Positions 24,601 through 38,869 are shown, counted from the stretch's first letter. The stretch is 64,000 nucleotides of DNA from Trichosphaerium sp. ATCC 40318 (GCA_038496445.1 JALMLS010000131.1:1-64000), one strand, 5' to 3'. The notes: generated by a model from the sequence alone, not told the origin. Made by a program: numbers and translations.

Positions 24601-26156
24601 GGTTTAGTCTTTCTACTTTGTTGGGTTTTTGGACTTACTGGTGACTGTGCTTGGCTGCTCTTTCTTAAATTTTGTTTTAGGTAATTGATTGGCATTCGGA
24701 TACAGGTATTTTATCTAAACTAAAATCAGAGGCGGCACTGAGACTTCTTGCAACGCTTATGGCTTGCTGCTTGGCTTTTCTACGCAGAACAACAAAGGTA
24801 AGTTCTCTCACAAACTCAGTCAGTTAATAGGATTATTGCGTTTTTGTAAAGCTGTATCTAATTGTACTTTAGAGACCGTGGTCAATGCGTTTATTAAAGC
24901 ATTACGGACTCCTTTCTCATGTTGCAGCTGAAGACGATTTTTTTGCACCAAGGTATGATGACACGTTTTATTGTTTTTTTGAAGAAAGTATATTTATTCA
25001 TCTTCCGTAGCGCTTCTTTGCTCACCAATGAGACTGAACAAAAGCTATTAATGCTATGGGATCATACACTAGTTGTAATGGGTCGTGTTTCAAATTGGAG
25101 CGATTATAGATGGATTCTTGCTCGTGCTCAAGTTTTCTTTGATACGAAACGATTTGATAAGGCTGTTGAGTAAGCCATCTAACTTGTTTCGTTTTTTGTT
25201 GTTGTGGTTGTTAGTGTTAATGCGTGTTATTTTTTGTAGGTATTACTTACTTGGAGGTGCTCTGAATAGTAGTTTCTGGACAGATATGGCATCTTCTATG
25301 GCGTTTAATCACTGTCTAGAAAATTTGATTCATTCGCTTGTTCAAATTAAAGGTATGTACTCAAAGATAATAAGTTCTTATGCACTTAAAACGCATGGAT
25401 TAAATCTATTGTCTTGATAGTCTTCACGCTGGGTGTATTTTAAACCTTCCAAGTGGACATTTTTGTACAATTTTTTTTGTGGTTTTTTCCGCATTTGGAG
25501 TGCTGGAGACGTAGAGATGCTCGGTTTGAGATCGGGTTTTTGTTATTTTTAATGCTTATTCATTCTTTACAGCTCCGTTACCTGCGGCAATATTATGTCA
25601 AACTCTACGGACAATGGATCTAGGATTGGCATTCAAGACATTAACAGAGTGTGATTTACGTAATATTGATCAGAATTATTTTCAATACATTTGGCAAATG
25701 CCTCTCTTTGAGTTACTCCTAGGTACCCTTAATGACACATTCTATCATTTCATTTTATTAGTACAAAATCAGACATGCTAACTATTATTTTTAGACCTGT
25801 ACACCAAAGGAAACGATGAAGAGTCTGTAGCAAAATTGGTATGTTCCTCTGTTTTTTCCCTTTTTTGGTCGTTTCTCGGTTGTACAAACTTCAACTTTCC
25901 AAAAATTTCAGATGACATGTCCTTATCATAGTACTGAAACTCACACATCAAAAACTTTTCACGAACCAAGACAAGAACAAGCCAGTCTGAGTTTTTTCAT
26001 CTTTTTCTTATTTTTTTCTAGATTTATATCATTGGACGTCCAGAGATGAATGAGTGTAACCCACCCAAGAAAAGAAAGAAATTTGTGAATTCGCTTCATA
26101 TCAATTTCTTAATATCGTTATCTCAAGAGTACCTATCAGAGTTTGATGTACAGTGA
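21697..26156 (+). CDS. INTS8: Integrator complex subunit 8, multi-exon
   Basis: N-terminal HLEFLLNPELL and MEWDLESIE. C-terminal AILCQ...LAFKTL...YFQYIWQMPLFELL...IGRPEMNECNP...FLISLSQEY resembles the INTS8 terminus. Confidence 0.8.
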
Positions 26157-26805
26157 GTACGCAAACAGACTAAAAAAAATAAAACTGTACATTAAACATT
26201 AAGCAAACCGGGCTTTTTTATCAACAAAAGGAAGTATCAGGTTTGAATTTCCTTGCTCCAATGCCTTCACTTTGCTTTATGCAAGTTTCGTGCATATTGA
26301 AAGGAGCCAGATTTCCGAAGATAGACCTTTTTGTTTACCACAAAGATGACTGTATAAATTTACTTACAAGTTTAACAAGCGATCACTCACTAATAGTGAA
26401 CCACTAACAAAAAACTATCAAATCATTCAAGACCAGCTGTGTCGATTACAAGGAGACTGTATAGCGTTTAGTCGCAGCACGAAGCTGTATTTCAACTCAA
26501 AGTTGGTGTGCCAACAAATGCTTTAAAGGAAGGCAGCCTGGGTTATTGCCATGCACAATGATAACTGTCCATCATCAAGCAACGTATTCATGCCTTTCCG
26601 TAGCTTATTTTCCATGAATGTATCTGTTAGTATACGACTGCTGTATCGCTATTCTATTATCTAGCGTAACACTAGCGCTAGTAGTGTGAACTACAAGGTG
26701 AGAATTCGTTTATGTGGTCTTCACATCAGCCACCAAATTTATGCGAATTCGTCAACTATTTTCTAGCACGTTTTTTCATGTCACTTGCTCATACACATAT
26801 ACAAC

Positions 26806-28798
26806 ATGAAGCTTCTATTGATTACGTTAGTTTGTATCCTCTTAGTTAAAGCGGAACAGCAGAGTACGAATCGTCATATAATCTTTTTATGCCAAAATAC
26901 ACGTGATAACAAACCCGAAAAGGCCAAAATCCGGTTGAAACTGATTGGTTTTTGGCTGCTCATGGCTCTTCACGTACACGTTTTGTTGGTACTAATGATG
27001 ACTGGGCTACTAAATACACTGGTGACCTGAGTTTTAACTTTCCTTTCTGGATGGTTCCTTTTGGTACGGTTAAACGTGTAGAAAGTTCAGTTGTTTTTTC
27101 CAAACGGACAATCTAGCGGAAGTTTATGACAAAAAAACCGTTAACACGTGAACTTCATTGTCAAAAATATTGTATTGATGTACCCGCCTAGGTGAGGGGC
27201 CTAACCAAGCTGGTGGCGTTAACCAAAATCCATCAAACGGCGTAATACACATACCTCTATTGGGAGATGTTAAATACGGTGGTAGCCCTTCGTGGCCAGT
27301 TGGTACTGTCACTTTCACATTTATGCCTCATACACTCATCTAATTAGGTGGGGCTACGCGCGATTACTCACCTTTCTACATATGGGAAATTGATGGGAAC
27401 ACTGGTGAGCACAGGACGGTAAGGATTGGATGGATCTTTTCTTGTTCGAAACTAAAAAGTATTAGCTGTATGACTTTTCTGGTGAGGCCTCATTGCCTCG
27501 TGTCGACTGTCCGAACTCAGTCGTAAAATACACATCAGACGGATACCCTTTATTTGCTGGTTACACTAAGGGAAAACGATCAGTATATGTTCTTGAGCCT
27601 GGAAACACTAAAGAAGTTTCTTTTGAACTTGATAAAACAAGCTATGAACCAAGTTTAATTTCTGTCACTGGTACTTCCCCTCAACAGCTCATATGGGCAG
27701 GTACGCTCCACAAGACTACAATAACCTTCCGCTAACTATATGTTTTGTTGTAGGCCTAAACGGGAACTCAGGATTTGATATTGACGGCCACAGCCCTGAT
27801 ATGGAAACTTTTTTCTCAACAAGTGCAATATCTACAATAATCTTTGGTACAGACGGACGCACTCTTTACAACAACCAATTCTTCAATGGACCTTCAGGCA
27901 TTCAATTATTTGACTCACCACTTTCGAATCAAACAAAGGTAACTTTTCATTTAAAATGAAATCACGTGATATACAATGATTTCTTTATTACGATGATCAT
28001 GTTTTTGCTTCAATAGTTCGCTGTTACCCCTCAAGATTATAATCCGATTTATTAGGAGAAAGCCTTTTATAGGAATTGTAACACAAGACCATGGATAATG
28101 GCGTCAGACTCAAACGACAACATGTTTGCACTGTGTAGTAGCAACGGTACCAATTCTAATTCTTCGTATCATACGTACTAATACATGATCATAAGCTCGT
28201 ACTCTTATATCTGTCAATGTAGAGGCTGGTGTTGAATCATGGTCTGTCAGTGGAGTTACAGCGAACTTCGTAGTTTTGACAGGTAGGAATAAGCTAGTGC
28301 GGTTAAGTTGCTAACTTATTGTTAAGATGATGAAAAGATTGTATTGACGGGAAGTGCCAGACAATGGAACGGATACGATGCATCTACTGGAACCTCTTTA
28401 TGGCAAACGAACGCTCAAGACTTCGGATATGGTACTTGTATGCTCTCCGCCCAGGTAAGCAAACTTGAAGTTGATTGTTTGATAAGCTATATTCATTTTC
28501 TCACTTCATCGTCTAGCCTTGGGCTCCACGACAACCAATTCCATTAAATGGAGGTTATTTAGCTATACTATGCTTTAATGTACGTTGTTGGTACCCATGT
28601 GTTTGCTTACTAGTTCTCTAGGAAGAGGAAAATCATATTCTTGTTCTTGATACTGCAACCGGAAAGAAAGTTAAAGATGTTCAACTCAGCATGTCTGTTA
28701 GACCTGCAATGATGACCGCTGACGGAAGTCATAACGTATATGTATACGGTATAGCAGATGGAAAACCTGTTGTAGAACGCAAGTCATTGGACTTATAA
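26806..28798 (+). CDS. Secreted beta-propeller-like protein (PQQ/BamB-like repeats), multi-exon
   Basis: Signal peptide MKLLLITLVCILLVKA and repeats such as YDASTGTSLW, WEIDGNTG, LDTATGKKV. Confidence 0.6.
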
Positions 28799-28932
28799 GA
28801 ATAAAACTACACCTGCCCTAACATGTTTTCTTTGTTATAATTGACTAAACGTAAAGAAGTTGATGATGTCCAATTGTTTGTGCGCAAACAGATGGGTTTG
28901 TTCATTGTTCTGTAGACAAAACAAATCAAGGT

Positions 28933-30414
28933 TTATAGCTTTGAAGAAAGAGAAGCAATAAGTTCTTCTACTTTGAACGCTGATCCCCATGAGTAGCTTA
29001 CACCAACCCCAGCATGTCCATAATTATGTATCACAACACCCCTTTTAGTTTGTTCTAGTTCTATGCGCATACCAGACTTCCTAGATGGCCTGAGGCCAAC
29101 CTAACCAACTATAAGAAATAACTGTAAAAAGGGAGAATAAGGAAAGTAGGAAATCTGGCGCGGAAATCACAAGCTCTTAGTTTCATAGAACGAAAAGTTG
29201 TACCCATGTTTTAAGAATTTTTGCTTTCTTCACTTTCAGATGAGGCACAAGTCTATTGTCATAATTAGCGTGCTCTTTTTTTAGGATTAGTACTTGTCTA
29301 TTCTATCTAGGATACCATCAATGATTTCTCTATTGACAACTTGACTTGAAACGCCAACTTGTTTTGAGCCGCCTTAACAAATTTACTTAACCTAAAAGAA
29401 ATTTATGTTCCTTGATATCATACCCATTATACATCCATCTGCTCGGGGCATGAAATATGTATATCCACCTGGATTTTCTTCGTCAAAATATAGAGTATAA
29501 TCTTTGAGGGTTATAGCGTTGTGTTCAATCAAAATCATGTGACCAGCTTTGTTGATAAAAACAATGTCAGATTCGTTCCAAAGAAAATGTCTTACCAACT
29601 GGTTGTACATCTTTATCATCAGCTAATTCTTTCGAACCAGTGCCTGTACAATTGATGACAATTTGAGTATTCGGAAATAGTTCAAATACGTCACTTAGTC
29701 TGCTGACAGTCATTCTCTAGTGTGGCGTTAAATTTTTTTTGCTACTTGATTTGACAGACCTTCATTTCGACACCATGTTCCTTGAGACGATCCATCAAGT
29801 ATCTGAGATAAATTGGCATTGTTACAACAGGCATGTTACAAACAAAACCATACTTAGCTCCTGCGGCGAACAAATTAAAAAATAATCACGTGATTGTTGA
29901 GGATTGCATTGTCATTCAGCAACTAATCGGTCTTCCTAATTTATTTCGAAACCACACGTACCTCTACATTCTTGCTTTGTAGCTTTTCTACAACTAGGAT
30001 GCTGCTTCAATATAGAATCACGTTCTTCCAAAGCATCTTTACTTCTATAAAGGACATGACAAGGCGTCATCTTAACGCCTAGCGAGGTACAAAATGTTAA
30101 AGAAAATATCATGTGAAAGATATAACCAAACCTGCTCTAACGCCATCAAACTTAGCTATATCTTTGAATTTAGCTTTACTGATCCTTGCTAAAGGGCCTT
30201 CAATATCCATATAGGCTATCTAAGCGCGTTTGAGGTGACAATACTAAAATGAGTGGCAAGTTACCATTCCACCGCTTAAATCTGACGCTTTTGTATTAGG
30301 TGTGTATTCTCTCGCCACAATAGTCACATTGTACGCTTTAGATTGTGCCAAGTGAAGAGCAGTCGTTAAACCTACTACACCAGCGCCAAGCACAACTACA
30401 TTTCTACGGTGCAT
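28933..30414 (-). CDS. D-amino acid/D-aspartate oxidase, peroxisomal
   Basis: VVVLGAGVVGLTTA FAD motif, VGLRPSR, HNYGHAGVGVSYSWGSA, C-terminal SKL (PTS1). Confidence 0.9.
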
Positions 30415-30501
30415 CTCAGAAGTTCAACGGCGCCTAGTGTTCTAATTTACAGCTCGTTGACGTCATTTGAAACGGTTTTTTTAATTAAATTGAACTTCTT
30501 G

Positions 30502-31370
30502 ATGTCTGCTGGAACGCGTTGGGGTAGGGTCACACTTTGGGCGGCAGCCGTTGATGGTACTGGTACAGCTTGTACGATTTTTTCTAAAACCCTGCACAGG
30601 TGATATAGAGAGGTGTAAAAAGCGATTGATTAACTCGGAGGTACGTTGCAAGTTCTAAACGATCTTTTTTCGCTTTAATTTGCATTAAACGCGCAAAAAG
30701 GCGAACGTTGACGAACTAGACAGTGACGGACGCTCTCCTTTGCTATTGGGTACACGAAAATTAAATTGCGTACAAATTTCTTAATAACGCGATTAGCTTG
30801 CAGATATGGCAACCTAGAAGTGGTACAGTACCATTAATGCGTTTTACACCAATATACTACAGGTTAAATTGCTTATCGAACATGGCGCTAACATCGACCA
30901 CGCATACGACTACAACGACGACTGTGCATTGCATTTTGCAGCGGAGAATGGTCACGATGAAGGTACAGTAAAACTAGACGAAAAACAAAAAAAAATAATG
31001 ACAGACTTGCGTTTGTTGGCTTTATCTTTACAACAACCCTTCAAGTCACGTTCTTACATGTCTGTAGTTGTAAAATACTTGGTTAATGATCTCAAACAAG
31101 ATATTAATATGTTAAACGGCACTGGTACATTTTTTTTTTGGATTTTTTGTACTCATCTCATTTTGTCAATAAGGTAGTACACCATTGATCCAAGCAGCGT
31201 CTAAAGGAAAGGGTAGCACCATTACTCTACTCATGTCTCTTGGCGCGGATTTAAAGATCAAAAACACTCATGGCAGGACTGCTTACCAATGTGCACCATC
31301 TGCTGATATTAAAGAGCTTCTAACAACAGTGAATTATACGTCCGCTGTCAACTATGGCAATAAACATTAA
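30502..31370 (+). CDS. Small ankyrin-repeat protein, multi-exon
   Basis: GRSPLLLACRYGNLEVVKLLIEHGANID, ALHFAAENGH, TPLIQAASKG. Confidence 0.85.
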
Positions 31371-31855
31371 GACTTTTTTTATGGATTGGGTAGGCATTAT
31401 GTTTTTGGTTTACTAGTTAAATCTGAGCGAATGGCGTCTCTTGATGTGCAGTTTTACGTAAAGACTCTACAGTTTTTATTTTTCCGTTAGTTTTTCATTA
31501 GTTTGTCTGTTCTCTTTTATAGTGCTACTAATGGTTATATTCATCACATTTTGTGGTTTTTTTACGCTAAACAGCTGTTAAAGCAATGACAAAAATTTGT
31601 TAATTTTCTATGTTTCTCCGTTACAGTTTTTCCATCTATTAGTTGCTGAATGCACAATTGTATTGGTCACAGCCGTAAAAGTTTCATCAAACTTCATACA
31701 AGGCTTTGTAACGTTCGAATGGTTCGCATAAATAGCGCAAGACGCGTCAAATGCGTTGGAGATACGTTTGCGCGCGTATTCCTATCACCAAGACCGTAAT
31801 AACAAAACTACTTTTGGTTGTCAAAACTTTATAAGTTCCAGGCTGTAAGAGGCTC

Positions 31856-34816
31856 ATGGCCACCAAACGAAAGCGAACAACGACTACAGCACTCGCGTGT
31901 GGTGCGTGTAGGAGCTCTCACCTCAAATGCGATGGCAGGAAACCAGTTTGCACCAGATGCTTGTCAAAAGGCTTAGAATGTGATTGGAGTAGAAAACATA
32001 GAAAGCGAGGGCCTGTTGCGGGTGCGTTAAACTCCACTGAGGAAATCGGATTCATAATTTTACGAATGCGTCTCCAGCCAAGGATTACACTGCGCACGTT
32101 GTTACAAATACAACAGTGGCTCCTTGATAGCAATTTATGTAAAATGATACTGAATTAATAACGCCATGTGTAGGTAAGTTATCTACGCTCGAACAGCAAG
32201 TGGCTGCGTTGTCTCTCCAAATAAAACAGAAAGACCAAGTCGTGGAATACTGGAAAAAGCTTTACGATTCCCAAAAGAGCGCTAATGAGGTGAGTTAAAC
32301 ATTGATAAGCAATAGCGGAGTTGGAAGAGAAATTACTTTTACAGATTACAACAAAAGAAACAAAAACCTACAACTCGCGATATCGAAAAGCGCACATACT
32401 CGTTTAACTTTTAACACTATTGTCGCGTATTTTACACAAGCTTTACATTCTCCTTCTTTTTTTTCATTGTTTCAGTTCAGGTTTTTTCTGACTGTTTGTT
32501 AGCAAGGAGAAGCGCCTGTACCTGTTACATCTCTTTGCTCTAAGGCAATTCTACGTGCTTGTCTTGTTGCGTTTGATGTACATTGTAATCCTATTATCAA
32601 CCTTGATTTAACGGCATATCTACGACCTACATATGATATTACAGCTGCTATTGATGCTGTACCAAATCCAGAAACACTTCAAATTTATGGGATGCTTTGT
32701 GTTGGTGCATTACGTATTGGTAACTCTAATTTGGCTTCTACATTTGCTGGCAAATGTAGACTACTACTGGGTGATTTCTTCGACCTTAAAAATGTTCACA
32801 TTGCTGGTAAGACCCGAGGTCTTTTTTTGAATTGAATCAATCAAGTTTTTTGGTTTTTTTTAGTTTTTTTGGGAACTTAGTATTCTCCTCGCAAGTTTAA
32901 TGTTATCTCTTTTGCTGTGTTCTAAATCGTTCTACTTTAATAGCTGGTATTGCTCTTCTTGGTTATTTTCATCATGAAGCTGGTACTGATGATGATACCC
33001 TTTATTATTGTACTATGGCTGTTACCATGTGTAGAACTCTTCTTAGACGTAAGAATGATCCTAATTTGATAAAGGCGGTAAGTGTTTTATTTATTGGCAG
33101 GTTTTATCGACTTTTATTACAGTTTGTTTAATCTCGGCTATTTTTGTTATATTTTACCTCTAAATAACGAATTCCGCTTTACTATGTATTAACAAACGTA
33201 TCTAATACTAATTGATTCAAAAAGGTTGAGCAGATTCGAAGATTTGCGCAAATCTTCCTAGGCGGACTATCTCAGTCTAGGTACGTACTTTACAGCGCTC
33301 CAATAGGTCTTATAACCTGTTTAAATACATTGTTGTTTGGTTTGCTATGATCCTGACTTAATCCAAAGGCTCGCTTCGATTGCTTATCTCCGAGAAATCG
33401 CAAACGACCTTGAGAAGAACTTCTTTCTTTCTGGCAAAGGAAAATACCCTGTCGGTCTTCAGTATCTTACAATCAAGTTTAAGCTTATATGGTACCAACT
33501 GAGTTCTTGTAACTACCTAAAAGAGAGGTGGAATGAATATGGAGATGATTCTATTTGCCTGGTACGATAAATAGAAAAATCCCTGAGCCACCTTTTTTTT
33601 TTTTTGACTCACGAATGAACTCAAATTAACTCACTTGTCTGATTTTTCTCGATCGAAAATATTGTTTTAAACGATTACTTGGATCACGTACAATACATAC
33701 CCACGCTTGTAGATTTTTAAAAGTTCTGCTGACTTCAGGAATTTACTCTAATATTTTTTTTTAGAATGCTGTTGAACTTGACTCTCTATTGCAAAATCTT
33801 AATGGCATATCTGAGATTCTTCGTGACTCACCAAGACACCCTGCAAACTGGAAATTCTTTGGATTAACACTTGTTAAAGTATTAAAACTACAGATTATGC
33901 TTCTCCTTGGACGATTTGAGGAATGTTGTGCTCTGGAACAACATGTTAAGTTCGGAACAAACCAAGTGGATATTTTTAGCGAAAGCTCAAGATGTCCTTG
34001 GGCTGTTGAATCTGTATTTTGCATGGCTCTTATCCACTTACAAATGGGTGCATATGAGAAGTATCAGCAGGTATGATTCGCTTTGATCCTAGTTATGAAG
34101 TAGTTTTTTTCGATGATTTTCTTGTGCTTACGGTCTTGTTTTTAGGATTGTAATATTTTGTCCACGTGCTCTTCGACTTATCCGCTAGCATCTGTATTCC
34201 TTGCGTCTCTTCGCACTCAGACAACAGCACGAAGTCCAGCTGAAAAACTTGAAAAGAAAGAAAGGAACATTGGCGCAATGGCTTCTCTTTTACAAACTAG
34301 TATTCCAATACTTTCAGGCATTGGTAAGTCTTTCCAAAATAATTTTAGGCATCAACTACCACTTTTGTCAACGCATAGAGTTGGTTTATAAAGTTCTTCC
34401 GTGTCACAATTCGTCTGCTTTAAGTGAACTTGAAAAAAGTAAATTCTCGATTTTTTTTTGTACGTGATTTTTGTGCTTACAGTTTGCCTTCTTTAGACAC
34501 CTTCCAGCCATCCCACGTGCCTATAAAAACAGAACCAGAGGAGAGCTTAGCAATGCCTTTATCATTAGATATGGACCATAATACTCACATGAGCATGCCT
34601 TCTCCTTTTGCTATGCCTTCAAATGAAGGAATGGGATTAGACACAGTTCAACCTGTTTTCCCTGGAGACGATACTTTGTTCCATAATGTCAATGAGAGTG
34701 TTATGGATGCTCGTTATAATGCTCTTAACCCTGAGAGACAAACAGTGGCAACAACTGTTTTACTTGGTGATTATGTTCCAGATGAAGAGTTAGATGCTTT
34801 CTTAGCAACATTTTGA
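31856..34816 (+). CDS. Zn(II)2Cys6 binuclear-cluster transcription factor, multi-exon
   Basis: ACGACRSSHLKCDGRKPVCTRCLSKGLEC..RKRGP, coiled coil, helical middle region, acidic C-terminus. Confidence 0.88.
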
Positions 34817-35136
34817 TAACATAATAAAACACTAAATGTATTTTTAGCATTCTTCACGTGTACATTACTTAATGTGGTTGTAGTAGTACTGACACGGCCC
34901 GAAGCTTTTTGTGCTTGTTGATATTTGGTATGAATTAGCCACTGTGTTAGATGTAGGGTTGGAGAAGCTTGAGGATGTCGTGTTTAATGTTGCTACCAGC
35001 GGTGGAGGAAATGAGAAAAGCAAAACGACGCTTGCAGTCAACTATTTTCGGAATGAGTTTTTCCACGCCCATCATTTGACAATTAAACGCGAAGTAATCT
35101 CTTTTTTTTACATCTCAAGAGGGTTATAACACTTAA

Positions 35137-36303
35137 ATGGCTGTAAAACAACAATCGCTAAAATACGAACTTAAATCACTTCAGGATCTACCACCGGAGA
35201 TACTGGCGCATGTGGGAAGGTATTTAAGAAGAAACCAGCGAATCGAAGCAACAACAGTTTGTCACTTGTTTAACAACGTCATTCGCCACAATGTTGGCTT
35301 TTGTCGTATCAATATACAACGCTCAGCAGATCTTCATACCCTAGAAGGCAGTCCTTTGCTAAAGAACACCGAAATAAGCAATCTTAACGGCCACGTGCTA
35401 CGTCCAAAAGATATGATTTGTATACGTGGCGTTCACACTTTCTATACATTTGAGGCACGTGATGGAACTATTCTAGCATTGTTAGGAGGAGAAGACAAAA
35501 TTCACAGTATTTCAATGCCCTATACACACATAACAGATGCTTCATTGAAGGCTCTCAAGTCTGTTCACACAATTGATATTAGTGGGTGTAGGAATATTAC
35601 TGTTGATGGAATAGAAGCGCTTAAAGACGTACATAAGATTACTCTCAGTCCAAAAGCTGAATGGCTTGAACACCTCGGTAATGTACACTCGGTTGTTTTG
35701 TATAAAGCCAAAGATCTACATAGTCTCGAAGCACTATGTAATACCAAACACATAGTGATATATAACAGTGATACTATTACAGATAACAGTTTAGTTCAGT
35801 TGAGTAAACTTGAGCGTCTTGACATTCAACATGTTCCAAATATTTCTGGATCATGTTTCAAGCACTTGGTCAACCTTAAGCACCTCAAACTTTCTGGTCT
35901 TAGTAATATAACGGACGAACATATGGTTCACTTGGTAAATATTCATCACCTAGAGCTTGATAGAGGATCAAAGATAACAGACGCAGGTTTGAAACAATTG
36001 ACTAATCTGAGGCATCTTACGTCATCAAATAAGCTTATTACAGATGAAGGGTTGAAGCACTTGAAGAAGTTAGAGCGTCTCAAGCTCCCAATTGATCATT
36101 TAACCAAACGCATCTGTACTTGCAACATAACAGCTAATTGCCTGACATACCTGACATCGCTTGTGTACCTTGAAACTCATAACTCACTTAACATATCCAA
36201 ACGCAAAAATCAATCACAGCATGACACTGCCAAGGACTTGGGTATTGTTTGGAACATTAAAGGTAAATTTTTGATCCGAACCAAACAAAAACATTACACT
36301 TAG
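35137..36303 (+). CDS. Intronless F-box + leucine-rich repeat protein
   Basis: LQDLPPEILAHVGRYL F-box and ITDxxLxxL LRRs. Confidence 0.85.
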   Translation: MAVKQQSLKYELKSLQDLPPEILAHVGRYLRRNQRIEATTVCHLFNNVIRHNVGFCRINIQRSADLHTLEGSPLLKNTEISNLNGHVLRPKDMICIRGVHTFYTFEARDGTILALLGGEDKIHSISMPYTHITDASLKALKSVHTIDISGCRNITVDGIEALKDVHKITLSPKAEWLEHLGNVHSVVLYKAKDLHSLEALCNTKHIVIYNSDTITDNSLVQLSKLERLDIQHVPNISGSCFKHLVNLKHLKLSGLSNITDEHMVHLVNIHHLELDRGSKITDAGLKQLTNLRHLTSSNKLITDEGLKHLKKLERLKLPIDHLTKRICTCNITANCLTYLTSLVYLETHNSLNISKRKNQSQHDTAKDLGIVWNIKGKFLIRTKQKHYT

Positions 36304-36475
36304 TAAATAAAACAACCTTACCAAAACAACTTGAATAAGATTACATTTTTTATCACGTGCTAAAACAGCGAAAAACGGTTACCAAAAATAACGCTATTTA
36401 ACTGTATTATGAGGATACTCTCACAAATCCCTTTATAATTAAGGATATCTAGCTTACAGCTATCCCAAAAAGCAG

Positions 36476-37234
36476 TCATGACCACTGCCTTACACCATTT
36501 GAATACATGTACACAGATTTTAACCCTCCATCGTAATACCATAACTTGCACTCTCCTTCTAGCTTGTTATATTTGTAGAACTTCTGCTCATGCTGTTGAC
36601 CATTTGAGTGCCAACTCTTATACGTGCCTTCATACTTCCCATTCATATACTTACATTCCCTTTGCAAGTGACCGTTTTGATGCCAAGTTTTGAGTTCTCC
36701 GTCTGGTTTGCCATTTCTGAAATTGCTCTTTTCTCTGAGTACACCAGTGTTGTACCAGCTAAGAAACTCTCCTTCAAGTTTACTATTGACATATCGACAA
36801 AGAATCCGCAATTGACCAGTAGCGTACCACTTCTTGACTTCTCCTTCGACTAAACCATTGATATAGTGAAGACGCATAGCCAAGCTACTGTTAGGATGAC
36901 TACTCTTGTCATACCATTCTATGTATTCTCCTTCTCGTTTATCATTAACATAGTGACATGTATTATACAAATGACCACTTACAAACCACTCTTTGTACTC
37001 TCCTTCTTGTTTATCTTTAACGTAATAACTCTGTGTATGTAGATTACCATTGGGGTACCATTTTCTACACAACCCATCACGTTTACCATGTGCCCAATGA
37101 CACACTTGACTGTACCCTGAAATTGTTTGTCCCCATTTTCCATGTTTTTTTAGCTCGCTATCAAACCTTGTTGTCATTGCTGTTTGTCTCGATAACAATG
37201 GCCATATTGCGTACAACGCATAGTCTAAATCCAT
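36476..37234 (-). CDS. Intronless MORN-variant (YwqK-like) repeat protein
   Basis: About 24-aa repeats of EGEYKxWYxNGxLxxxxxYxNGK. Confidence 0.85.
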   Translation of the reverse strand: MDLDYALYAIWPLLSRQTAMTTRFDSELKKHGKWGQTISGYSQVCHWAHGKRDGLCRKWYPNGNLHTQSYYVKDKQEGEYKEWFVSGHLYNTCHYVNDKREGEYIEWYDKSSHPNSSLAMRLHYINGLVEGEVKKWYATGQLRILCRYVNSKLEGEFLSWYNTGVLREKSNFRNGKPDGELKTWHQNGHLQRECKYMNGKYEGTYKSWHSNGQQHEQKFYKYNKLEGECKLWYYDGGLKSVYMYSNGVRQWS

Positions 37235-37729
37235 TATATCGAGCTGTATCTCCAGAGGAAGATGTAAGAGAAATTTACAACGAGCATATGACTCGCTTAT
37301 CTGGTATGGTTAGCAACTGGTAGCGTAATTAAGAGGCGCACCTCTTGTTTAGATGTCATCAAGCGATAACCGCTTAATAATTACTCGTCGAACTCCTAAC
37401 AACGTGATTTCTCTCAGTACAACGCGTGGTTACAAGTAAGAACGCGATTGAACATAACTGTGAAGACTGACATTGACTTTAAATTCCCTCTTTTCATCAC
37501 GTGGCCGAGCTGTGAAGTGCTACAGACACTATCTTTGTCTTTTTATGATATTCTCTAAGTATTCTCTAGAGGTTGACCTTAAGTCTGGAAAGGAAATGAT
37601 TGCCTCTTCCCTCTTAGTATGTGGTACAACGAGCGTAACTTTAAGCCGAAAATTCCAAAGTTGTTAAGCTATGTTCCACTGTGTGCCACTGTGGAGCAAA
37701 GATGAAAATTTATCATAAGTATGCTTATA

Positions 37730-38508
37730 ATGCACGTGGCTCTATTACTGCTTTCGTTTATAACACTAAGTTTATGTCAAATCAATATACAGGTACCAAA
37801 GTGTCGAAGCGTGCTTTTGTACTTACACGTTTGAGATTTTTGCCTCCTTTGATTGTACAGGTACAGTGGCGCATAATATCACCAGAGTATATGACACTTG
37901 CTATCCTCCGGGCGCTAAAACGCTATTGGCAAAAGCAACGCGCTATGTGGGATGCAGGGAAGGTGTTTTTGGGACACAAAAGGTAAATAATCACGTGGTT
38001 GTTAGTTTAACATATTTTGCTTAGATTGTCTACAGAGAATACAGCACGACGATATGTGATACGTTTGATAGGCAATACGAGCTAGAAACAGAGTTTTGCT
38101 TCTCGCAACCACCTTTATCTTATCGCGCAACATGTGGATTTAATGTGGTACGCATGTTCCACGCGCGTACACGTGACATATTTGTATTTAGAAACCTTCG
38201 AAACCTCTTCTTGTCATTTCCGAAGGGTTTGTTGGTACAGATTGTACAGCTGCTCCTTTGGTGTCTTCGAACTACACGGAAGGTGAATGCGTCAATACTG
38301 CTTCTGGAAGTACTATCGCTATTTGTGCTGGTGTAAGTTGTAAATGTAATATTGAAATTAATCAACATAGGAACAAGTTCAATTGACTGAATGGTCAGGT
38401 AGGGGATGCGACAGCCCAGACTTTTCACCTATAAGTTTGCAAGAAGGGCAGTGCAAATTAGAACAAGGTGTTCCTGTACTTCAACGAGCCAGATGTATTG
38501 AACAATAA
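37730..38508 (+). CDS. Secreted Cys-repeat protein (5 exons)
   Basis: Signal peptide MHVALLLLSFITLSLC, then four phase-0 exons each with three Cys (FDCTG..TCYP..GCRE; TICD..FCFS..ATCG; TDCT..ECVN..ICAG; GCDS..QCKL..RCIEQ*). Confidence 0.65.
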
Positions 38509-38869
38509 AGAGCACAAGTTGAATATTCTTGCTTTTACACATATTGTCTGGGGAACATATATCGGATACTAGGACTACTGCGGCCAAGCGCAACTCTCGC
38601 ACCTAGCAGACGTTGTTAAAGTTCTCATGTTTGATGTAGCTCCAAGCCTTCATGTGATACCTTCCATGAGAACGCCCTTAAAAGTGTTTTATACCTTCGA
38701 AGGCTAATAGCTGACCAATCTGGTTGTGACGTTTTAAGAAAAAAGACAGATTAACCTTGCACATTCGTTTCAGGACTCGCGGCTTAGAGGTTATAAGACT
38801 TAAGGCGTCACAGCGTGCTTTAGCAGAGAACTATACACAACACACGTTAATTGTCCTCGCCCACGATAA

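Noticed and set aside
26200-26640. Coding-like composition between INTS8 and the propeller gene
   Set aside because: I could not build an open spliced frame or recognise an RNA family.
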